DNA of 64,000 nt from Gammaproteobacteria bacterium (lineage in GTDB: Bacteria > Pseudomonadota > Gammaproteobacteria > GCA-001735895). The notes beneath the pieces were generated by a model. It had not been told where the DNA came from. It saw nothing but the letters and a program-made list of their open reading frames with translations, and searched no databases. Location of the stretch: contig JBNKUM010000030.1 in assembly GCA_050298595.1 (NCBI GenBank), positions 1 through 64,000 of the forward strand. Reading direction: 5' to 3'. Of the stretch, positions 20,866 to 28,436 are shown one piece after another; within the stretch, counting starts at the first letter, position 1; each line of letters starts with the position of its first letter. A program made the position numbers and the translations under genes.

Positions 20866-21984
20866 CTAGCTCTGGTCTTTTTCTTTCTGATCCAGCTTTT
20901 TGGCGCCTATCGCCGTGGCCCCTACTACAGCACCTACGGCTGCACCTGCCAGAGCTGCACTCCCCGCTGACATGCCTCCACTCGATTCACGCGTTTCAAT
21001 GGCTGGAAACATATTGGGAGGAGTATGGGTCTTGACATCGGCCAGACTAAACATCGCTTTATTAAAACCAACCCCATCTTCGGAACAGCCAAAACAGGGA
21101 TGCCCCACACCGATAGGCCACACACCGCCACCGATATTGTTGTATTCAAGAGAAGGGCAGTTGTTGTAGGTCTCTGGCCCCTTACAGCCCAGTTTGTACA
21201 GGCAGTACCCCTTGCGGTGGCCTTCGTCACCAAACTCGTTAGCGAAACGACCCGCATCAAAGTGCGGACGACGATAACAGTTTTCATGAATCAAGCGACC
21301 ATAGGCCCACTTGGGACGCCCCTTATCATCGATAGGCGGCAATTTTCCATAGGTAACAAAGTACAGCACGGTACCGATAAAGTTAGCTGGATTAGGTGGG
21401 CACCCGGGAATAGACACCACCGTTTTATCTTTAAGTACCTGCGGTGCTCCAGTAGCGCCAGTCGGATTGGGTGATGCGGATTGTACCCCGCCCCAACTGG
21501 CGCAGGAGCCATAAGCGACTATCGCTGCAGCATGTTCTGCCGCTTCTATAGTAAGGTCCAGCATCGTCTCACCTGCTATCTTGCAGTAGATGCCACCATC
21601 CTTAACCGGAATAGCACCTTCGACAACCAGTAGGTACTTACCCTTATTATCTATCATCGACTGCTTCTTGATCGCTTCCACATTGTGCCCAGCACCGGTA
21701 TCCAGCGTCTGATGGTAATCCAGAGAAATCAAATCCAGTATCAGGTGTTCCAGACTCGGTTGCTCGGAACGTAGCAAGGCTTCGGTAGGTCCGGTACATT
21801 CCTGACCATGCAGCCAGATAACCGGAGGACGGCGCTTAGGATCCGCCACCGCATTAGCCATTGCGACAGCAGCATTGGTCGATAACCCCAGTGACGCCGC
21901 TACGCCAGTACAAAATTTAAGAAACGTTCTACGGGTGACACCCAGACGTTTTTCTACTTCTGAAAAGTCAATTTCTTTTTCCAC
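20866..21984 (-). CDS. hybO: Hydrogenase-2 small subunit, Tat substrate
   Basis: TRRTFLKFC signal; ECTGP, GSCASWGG, PGCPPNP, CLYKLGCKGP and HPCFGC motifs; C-terminal anchor. Confidence 0.94.
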   Translation of the reverse strand: MEKEIDFSEVEKRLGVTRRTFLKFCTGVAASLGLSTNAAVAMANAVADPKRRPPVIWLHGQECTGPTEALLRSEQPSLEHLILDLISLDYHQTLDTGAGHNVEAIKKQSMIDNKGKYLLVVEGAIPVKDGGIYCKIAGETMLDLTIEAAEHAAAIVAYGSCASWGGVQSASPNPTGATGAPQVLKDKTVVSIPGCPPNPANFIGTVLYFVTYGKLPPIDDKGRPKWAYGRLIHENCYRRPHFDAGRFANEFGDEGHRKGYCLYKLGCKGPETYNNCPSLEYNNIGGGVWPIGVGHPCFGCSEDGVGFNKAMFSLADVKTHTPPNMFPAIETRESSGGMSAGSAALAGAAVGAVVGATAIGAKKLDQKEKDQS

Positions 21985-22055
21985 TACGTGTATTCCTCCG
22001 GTGAGTAGATGCAGTGCGCAACTACTGTCATTTACAGGCCAACTCGGAACATATC

Positions 22056-22071
22056 TGCAATAACCATGCGA
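22056..22071 (-). promoter_or_regulatory. Possible sigma-54-like promoter for the hyb operon (imperfect)
   Basis: Minus strand TCGCATG-GTTA-TTGCA versus consensus TGGCAYG-N4-TTGCW, with a mismatch in the -24 GG. An IHF-like site AATCAGATAGTTA lies at 22091-22103. Confidence 0.3.
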
Positions 22072-22238
22072 AAAGTAGTTTTATTTCAGGCAATCAGATA
22101 GTTAGTGAAAAAAGTCACAACACCCTTAATTTATAAATGGATATTAAGTTTCCATCAAAATTATCAGTTGGAAACTTTTTTACAGGCAAGACAACGAGAA
22201 ATGTATATAAATCAATGGCTAATTTAATTTAGTCACAC

Positions 22239-22252
22239 TTGATCTATGTCAA
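22239..22252. promoter_or_regulatory. FNR/ANR-like box between hybO and selD
   Basis: TTGAT-CTAT-GTCAA, one mismatch from TTGAT-N4-ATCAA. Confidence 0.55.
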
Positions 22253-22407
22253 GTATTTAACCATGGCTTTTTAAACACATTGTTCTTTGCAACCTTCTTT
22301 GCCCCATAAAAACCAATCAAATCATTCATTTTTAGCTGCATTGAGCAAACGTTTTTCATGCTAAGATCACGCCATTTTAAACTGACCCCTGAAGCGGCAA
22401 TCACTCA

Positions 22408-23457
22408 ATGAACATCGAAAACAAACCACCCATTCGCATGACCGAATACAGTCATGGCTCAGGCTGCGGTTGCAAGATCGCCCCTAATCTTCTGGAACAA
22501 ATCCTCAATAGCGGTTTTAGCATTTCCCCTAACCCCAGGCTGCTGGTTGGCAACGACTCCAGCGATGATGCCGCTGCGTTTAATCTGGATGACGGGCGCT
22601 CTGTGATCAGTACCACCGATTTCTTTATGCCGATTGTTGACGATCCCTTTGAATTTGGCCGCATTGCTGCCACCAATGCCATCAGCGATGTCTACGCCAT
22701 GGGTGGCAGCCCAATAATGGCAATCGCAATATTCGGCTGGCCTATTGATAAGCTGGGGCCTGACGTTGCCAGTCTGGTGGTAGATGGCGGACGTGCCGCC
22801 TGTGAAGATGCGGGAATCCCATTGGCTGGGGGGCACTCCATAGACTCACCCGAACCGATCTTTGGTCTTGCCGTTACTGGCATTGTGGATAACAAACACC
22901 TGAAGAAAAACAACACTGCTGAGGCGGGATGCAATCTATATCTCACCAAACCCATCGGTATCGGCATCCTCACCACTGCGCAGAAACAGAAAAAACTCAA
23001 ACCTGAACACGAACGTATTGCACCAGATAGCATGTGCCAGCTTAATAAGGTCGGTGCCGAACTGGGAAAACTGGATGGGGTAAAAGCAATGACCGATGTC
23101 ACTGGCTTTGGCCTACTCGGCCACCTTCGAGAAATGTGTGATGGCAGCGGTGTACGTGCCGAGATCAATTATGATGCTGTACCCAAACTGCCTCATGTAG
23201 AAGAATATCTGGAAATGGGTTGCTCACCCGGTGGCGCACAACGAAATTTCGACAGTTACGGTCACAAGATTGGCCCCATTGAAGAATTTAAGCGTAAATT
23301 ACTTTGCGACCCACAAACCTCAGGTGGGCTGCTAGTAGCAATAGCAGCTGGTGCCGATGACGAGTTCCTGCAGGTTACAGCTAAACTGGGGCTGGATCTT
23401 AAGCCAATTGGTAAGCTACTCCCCGCTGCTGATGCTGTGTTGATTACTGTCATCTAA
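22408..23457 (+). CDS. selD: Selenide, water dikinase (Cys form)
   Basis: [44 protein letters not shown] and DPQTSGGLL motifs. Confidence 0.96.
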   Translation: MNIENKPPIRMTEYSHGSGCGCKIAPNLLEQILNSGFSISPNPRLLVGNDSSDDAAAFNLDDGRSVISTTDFFMPIVDDPFEFGRIAATNAISDVYAMGGSPIMAIAIFGWPIDKLGPDVASLVVDGGRAACEDAGIPLAGGHSIDSPEPIFGLAVTGIVDNKHLKKNNTAEAGCNLYLTKPIGIGILTTAQKQKKLKPEHERIAPDSMCQLNKVGAELGKLDGVKAMTDVTGFGLLGHLREMCDGSGVRAEINYDAVPKLPHVEEYLEMGCSPGGAQRNFDSYGHKIGPIEEFKRKLLCDPQTSGGLLVAIAAGADDEFLQVTAKLGLDLKPIGKLLPAADAVLITVI

Positions 23458-23470
23458 ACAGTTGAATACT

Positions 23471-23494
23471 TGCCGCAGAAGCCTATCTGCGGCA
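23471..23494. terminator. Hairpin between convergent selD and the Cache receptor gene
   Basis: TGCCGCAGA-AGCCTA-TCTGCGGCA perfect 9-bp stem. Confidence 0.65.
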
Positions 23495-23545
23495 TTAAAA
23501 TCAGGCAAATAATAACCTGTTACTATTGAATCTTACTCTGCCCCA

Positions 23546-24916
23546 TTATTTGGATTTTTTCATCATACGATCCATCATCATTTTAACGCTGGTTTTCAGG
23601 CGATCAATGGATTTGGCTAATTCACCAATCTCATCGGAACGCTTGATTTCTTCAATTTTCACATCCAGATTTTTACCTTTACTGATTTCATCAGCTATGC
23701 TGGTCAGCTTTCTGATAGGCCTGGCCAGGGTATTTGAAAACACAAAGGAAATGATCACAGCAAGTGTAATAAAAACTGCCGATACAAAAAGATTGCTACG
23801 GATCATTTCATCCTTTTGTCTTTCAATCAGAAATTTTTCCTTTTCGATACTTGCATCTATACTATCCAGATAAACCCCTGTACCAATAATCCAGCCAGTT
23901 GGCTTGTGTAATTTCACATAGGATAGTTTAGCAGTTCTTTCGGTCAGGCCATCTCTGGTTGGTTTTGGCCATAGATAATCGACAAAACCATCACCATTTT
24001 TTGCAGTCACTTCGGCAAACGCCTGGAACAGATTTTTATCTACGCCCAATGCATTATTATATTTAGGATCATTCATCACCTGACCTTCCAGAGTCGACGT
24101 AATTGGATGCATCAACATTGTCGGGTAAGGCAGCGTATTATCATTAATCCAGAAATATCCTGTGCCATCTGCATAGCGCATAGACCTGATCGATTGTTTT
24201 ATTTGCTTTTCGATTTCCAGGCGCGAATCATCAATGTAGATACCTGTACCCATAATCCAGCCCCAGTCATCGTAACGTCTAACATAAGACAACTTGGGTT
24301 CTTCCCTGGTTAAACCTTCTGCAGTTGGTTTTGGCCATAGATAGTCTACATAACCTTCTTTAGTATCTTTAGTTACATCAACAAAGGCACGAAACAGGTT
24401 CTTACGCAATCCAAGTGCATTATTATATTTACGATCATCCAGCACCTGACCTTCCAGTGCCGGTATTATTGGGTGCATGATCATTTTAGGGTAAGGTACC
24501 GATGTATCATTGATCCAGATATACCCAGTGCCCCCGTCGAATCTTAACTCCCTGATTTCGGACATGGCACCATTTTTGGCTTTTTGCAAATTCATTTCAC
24601 CATTTTCTACCTTACGTCTGTAGCGATTAATAATGCCCTCACCTGTATCCAGGATATTGTGCAAACGACGTTGGTAAAATTTACTCAAAAAATTCAGATC
24701 AGAAAGGTTACTGTAATTTTTTTCGATTGTTGCGTAAGCAACATTAACCAGATCTTTTAACTTTTGTTTTACGTCTACCATCGCTGCAGTTTTAAAGTCC
24801 TGTAGTCGCAGCTCACCCTGAGCCTCGATACTTCTCAGATTAAAAAAACTGATTACAACAACCATCAGAACCAGAAAAACCGATGTAAACAAAGTGATTT
24901 TTGCATCTATTTTCAT
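23546..24916 (-). CDS. Membrane sensor: TM, two Cache_2 domains, TM, HAMP, no output domain
   Basis: Two internal repeats GTGY.WIND..PYP.M.MHP..LEGQV..KYNNALG..VDYLWPKPT..KLSYV..GW..GTG.Y. The HAMP (RPIRKLT..DEIGELAKSIDRLK) ends about 15 aa before the stop. Confidence 0.88.
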   Translation of the reverse strand: MKIDAKITLFTSVFLVLMVVVISFFNLRSIEAQGELRLQDFKTAAMVDVKQKLKDLVNVAYATIEKNYSNLSDLNFLSKFYQRRLHNILDTGEGIINRYRRKVENGEMNLQKAKNGAMSEIRELRFDGGTGYIWINDTSVPYPKMIMHPIIPALEGQVLDDRKYNNALGLRKNLFRAFVDVTKDTKEGYVDYLWPKPTAEGLTREEPKLSYVRRYDDWGWIMGTGIYIDDSRLEIEKQIKQSIRSMRYADGTGYFWINDNTLPYPTMLMHPITSTLEGQVMNDPKYNNALGVDKNLFQAFAEVTAKNGDGFVDYLWPKPTRDGLTERTAKLSYVKLHKPTGWIIGTGVYLDSIDASIEKEKFLIERQKDEMIRSNLFVSAVFITLAVIISFVFSNTLARPIRKLTSIADEISKGKNLDVKIEEIKRSDEIGELAKSIDRLKTSVKMMMDRMMKKSK

Positions 24917-24963
24917 ATCGCCCCCAGGGCTTGATAGTTTTATAAATTAAAGGTAAATGGGAG

Positions 24964-25239
24964 TTAGGGTTTATCGAACAATTTCAGCGCTTCGATCGAA
25001 AAAGCTGCATCAAGAAATTTTTTACGGTGCTTTGGGTCTTCAATCAACATGGATAGCTTATGAACATAAACGGGCATATTTCGCAATCCCGGTCTATGCC
25101 CTTTTCTCTCTAGACTAGCTTCCCATTCTTCTTGAACTTCTTCACATAGAATATGAGCCACAGGGCCAACTTCCTCTGCAAAAAGCTCATTGATATTGCT
25201 GTAGATCCCGATTAGAAAATCATTTTGATCTATATGCAT
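24964..25239 (-). CDS. Small helical hypothetical protein upstream of the receptor
   Basis: GGAGAG RBS; 91 aa; 47 bp upstream of the receptor gene on the same strand; motif LFAEEVGPVAHIL. Confidence 0.7.
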   Translation of the reverse strand: MHIDQNDFLIGIYSNINELFAEEVGPVAHILCEEVQEEWEASLERKGHRPGLRNMPVYVHKLSMLIEDPKHRKKFLDAAFSIEALKLFDKP

Positions 25240-25750
25240 TGATTCTCTCCAAGATGCATAGTCCGGTGAAAATGCTTTCTTATTTATTATTGTCTGTCTG
25301 TTCTATAAATAAAAACGATCAATTTATATTGTATTTCTTATTATGTTTTGGATAAAACTCTACAAGATGCTTTCTCTCACTTCTAATCTTTAAATGTAAA
25401 GATAAAAATGTAAGTCTTAAGTTAGAACCCTAAGTTAAAGAATCAGTTTATAAAACGATACGCATTTAAATAGACACATGGAACAATAAATAACGGAGAA
25501 AACTTCCCTCCCCATTAGCTGTATCCTAAAAATGAAAGCCTAATAAACTAGTCAAGTATTAAAGCAAATACTCTGGAATCCAAATATAGTAAACTCGTAT
25601 AACCTTACACGCAATAAAAAGGTTGGAGAGTCAATCTAACAACGCCACCGTTAAAAAGCAGCAGTTGCACCAGAACTCGCCTGAAATTGTATTGACCAGA
25701 CTCTGACAAGTCATAATAACCTCTTCATTCGCTATATTTTGAGAACATCA

Positions 25751-26302
25751 TCAATGACGCATACGGTCGAAGAACTCACGGCGTGAGATCTCTTCCTGAT
25801 AACGACACTCAGTATGACGTTTTTTTATGTTTTCGTTGCGTGTTTCTATTACTCTGTTCCAGTCCTGGTAAACCTGCGCAGACGACTCATAGTCTTGCAT
25901 ACGTAGAATCAGTGGCTGCATCAGGTGGTGTCCCAGATGTGGGTGATAATTAAGATGAGCTACCTGCTGTCTCTGCAGCAGGTTGAAACTGATCTGCGGC
26001 CCCATTACAAGATAAGACTGAGTACTACGATATGTAGCACTCCATGAACTGGGAACAGTTATAGATGCAGGTTTACTGCTGAGGTAGATACGCGTCAGCA
26101 TCCATGGGGTTAGCAGCAGGAACACTCTCCACTCGTCGATATCGCGTAATGCTCGGATCTCGACTGGCAGCCGCTGGTTGATAAGCGGATCATCGGCAAA
26201 GTAGTGCTGATAGATATCTTCAAATGTTTTGATGACTAATGATTGCAGTGCATCGTCCTGATCTAGTATGTCTGGTCCGGCAACCCAGTTTGAATCGTAC
26301 AT
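25751..26302 (-). CDS. Second, divergent HybE-like chaperone
   Basis: DPLINQRLPVE, LLLTPWML and C-terminal SRREFF mirror HybE motifs; last gene of the molybdoenzyme operon. Confidence 0.75.
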   Translation of the reverse strand: MYDSNWVAGPDILDQDDALQSLVIKTFEDIYQHYFADDPLINQRLPVEIRALRDIDEWRVFLLLTPWMLTRIYLSSKPASITVPSSWSATYRSTQSYLVMGPQISFNLLQRQQVAHLNYHPHLGHHLMQPLILRMQDYESSAQVYQDWNRVIETRNENIKKRHTECRYQEEISRREFFDRMRH

Positions 26303-26317
26303 TTTAACCTTCCTCCA

Positions 26318-26851
26318 TTAAGCAAGAGCCTCACCTTGCACCTTATCGTAATCAACACATAACAGTTGCTCACCCATGCGTTGATACAGTTGCAGCCCCT
26401 GATGTTCAATCAGGCGTCTGGCAAAACCAGGTATCACCGGATACAGGTGCTTATCCCATAATTCAATAAACTCATCGCTTAGCCCTTCTGCCTGCTGTAG
26501 CAGCCAAGCCGCGCATTCGAACAGGGTGCCCAGATAATCGGCAGGCATACCCTCCGCCTCCAGGCCCAGGCGGAAATAGAAGTCCATCATCGCCTCTTCA
26601 TCGCTACCCCCCATCGACCCCTGGCGTAGCGCTGAAAGATACGGCGGGGCTATGGTATGTGGATAACCGTTGACAAATAGCATCGTGTGTTCACCCTGCC
26701 ACTGCTGCAGAGAGATACTCCGCAGCTCGTGCAACGGTTGTTGCATCCATGGGTGCCGTACGCTCAACGATTGCAATAGTTCCAGTGAATCAGCCTGCGG
26801 TACACTCAGCAGCAGAGAGAAAAGCTGCAGTTGTTCTGCGTTAACACTCAT
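26318..26851 (-). CDS. TorD/DmsD-family molybdoenzyme chaperone
   Basis: LFV..P...APPYLS and MPADYLG.LFE motifs. Confidence 0.85.
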   Translation of the reverse strand: MSVNAEQLQLFSLLLSVPQADSLELLQSLSVRHPWMQQPLHELRSISLQQWQGEHTMLFVNGYPHTIAPPYLSALRQGSMGGSDEEAMMDFYFRLGLEAEGMPADYLGTLFECAAWLLQQAEGLSDEFIELWDKHLYPVIPGFARRLIEHQGLQLYQRMGEQLLCVDYDKVQGEALA

Positions 26852-26859
26852 AATTCCTC

Positions 26860-27825
26860 CTACCAGGGATATGCATAAACACCTGCAGAGAGGAAATAAT
26901 GGCGCAGCAGATAACCGCCGAATAGCACCATCACCGAGGCTAAGATCACCGGAGCATGGTCACGCGATCCACGTAGTACACAGCGCAATTCAAGCAGGAA
27001 AGGCACGATAAGGCCAAAGCCAATAAACCCAATCAGCCAACCCAGATCACCCCACAGCAGTTTAATTGAGTGCATCGCTGACTCGGAACCAGCCGACATA
27101 TAGAAGAAAAATGAAAACAGAATGACCAGTTCGGCGGCGATCAACATCACGTCGGTTCGCTCGTAAAACACACGTATCGACTGGTCTTCATCACGCTTGA
27201 TCACCGTAGTCAGCAACAGTAGCAGGAATGCCATGGCGGTTGAAAAAGCAGACACAGTAAACAATAAAGGTACACCCGGATTATGCCAAAGTGCCACAGC
27301 GGGGAAGGATTGCAGTAACAGGCCGGTATACACCGCGACACCGATGCCGTTGATGGTCGCCAGCCAGCCGATGGTTTTGTGAAAGCGCTGGCCGCATAGC
27401 ATCGATAATTTTTGCATCAGCCTGGTTCTAAGCAGGCTGCCTAACAATGGTATACGGTTCATCAAAGGAGATTCCACCAGATAAGGCAGCGCATAAAATA
27501 CCCCCCACCACATCATCCAGATAATGAATTGGGTACCCCATGCAATCCAGGAAGTGGGCTGACGAAACAGCACCAGCGGGTTGAGCAGGTGCAGTACCGC
27601 TTTGTGATCAAGCAGGTGGTAGAACAGCATTAAAGATCCCAGTGCAAGCATGGCCACACCTGATATGGCTCCCCACAATACCAGCGTATGGTGCCGTTTG
27701 AGATACATATCGGTGAGAAAGGTCACCACCAGAGTAGCGGCTCCGAGACCACCGAGGTAGAGATAGATAGCGATCCACCAGGTCCAGATTTCCTGTGTAG
27801 CAAAAGTTGTTGTGATATTCATCAT
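26860..27825 (-). CDS. NrfD/PsrC-type membrane anchor
   Basis: W.WWIAIYLYLGGLGA and VYTGLLL...PAVALWH motifs; multiple TM helices. Confidence 0.9.
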   Translation of the reverse strand: MMNITTTFATQEIWTWWIAIYLYLGGLGAATLVVTFLTDMYLKRHHTLVLWGAISGVAMLALGSLMLFYHLLDHKAVLHLLNPLVLFRQPTSWIAWGTQFIIWMMWWGVFYALPYLVESPLMNRIPLLGSLLRTRLMQKLSMLCGQRFHKTIGWLATINGIGVAVYTGLLLQSFPAVALWHNPGVPLLFTVSAFSTAMAFLLLLLTTVIKRDEDQSIRVFYERTDVMLIAAELVILFSFFFYMSAGSESAMHSIKLLWGDLGWLIGFIGFGLIVPFLLELRCVLRGSRDHAPVILASVMVLFGGYLLRHYFLSAGVYAYPW

Positions 27826-28436
27826 CCCTTCCTCTTCATATCATTGATGTAGTAAACGTTTGGCCGGGTGCCAAGATGTGGCAGCAATGGCTGGGCCAGG
27901 CCGGAGGCAACCAGTTGCGCTACCGGGTCATTAGGGTCATGCAGGTCGCCGAACAACCGTGCTGAGCCAACACAGGTTTCTACACAGGCGGGTTTGCGCC
28001 CCACGGCCACACGATGGTCGCAGAAGGTACACTTATCCATGCTGGGGCGCTCACGACGATAGTCGTTGCCGTAGAATGACTTGCCCTGCTTCACATCATC
28101 CCAGTTAACCTCGATACGTGCATCGTAGGGACAGGCCATAGCGCAGGCGCGGCAGCCCATGCACAGATCCTCATCGACCTTGACGATGCCAGTATCCAGT
28201 TGATAGGTGGCACCAGTAGGGCAAACCGAGAGACAGGGTGGATTATCACAGTGGTTACACAGGCGTGGGAAGAATCGACGATGCACGTCCTCACCGGTAC
28301 CGATTTCCTGGTCGTGCACCTTGGTACGCCAGCTATTTTTCCACACCGGTGTCTGGTTCTCCATTGCACAGGCAGCCATACAGGCATTGCAACCGACGCA
28401 GGTATTCAGGTCGATAACCATGGCGTAACGAGTCAT
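27822..28436 (-). CDS. 4Fe-4S dicluster subunit (PsrB/SreB-like)
   Basis: CVGCNAC..AC, CNHCDNPPC..VCP, CMGCRAC..ACP and KCTFC..PACVETC motifs. Confidence 0.92.
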   Translation of the reverse strand: MTRYAMVIDLNTCVGCNACMAACAMENQTPVWKNSWRTKVHDQEIGTGEDVHRRFFPRLCNHCDNPPCLSVCPTGATYQLDTGIVKVDEDLCMGCRACAMACPYDARIEVNWDDVKQGKSFYGNDYRRERPSMDKCTFCDHRVAVGRKPACVETCVGSARLFGDLHDPNDPVAQLVASGLAQPLLPHLGTRPNVYYINDMKRKG

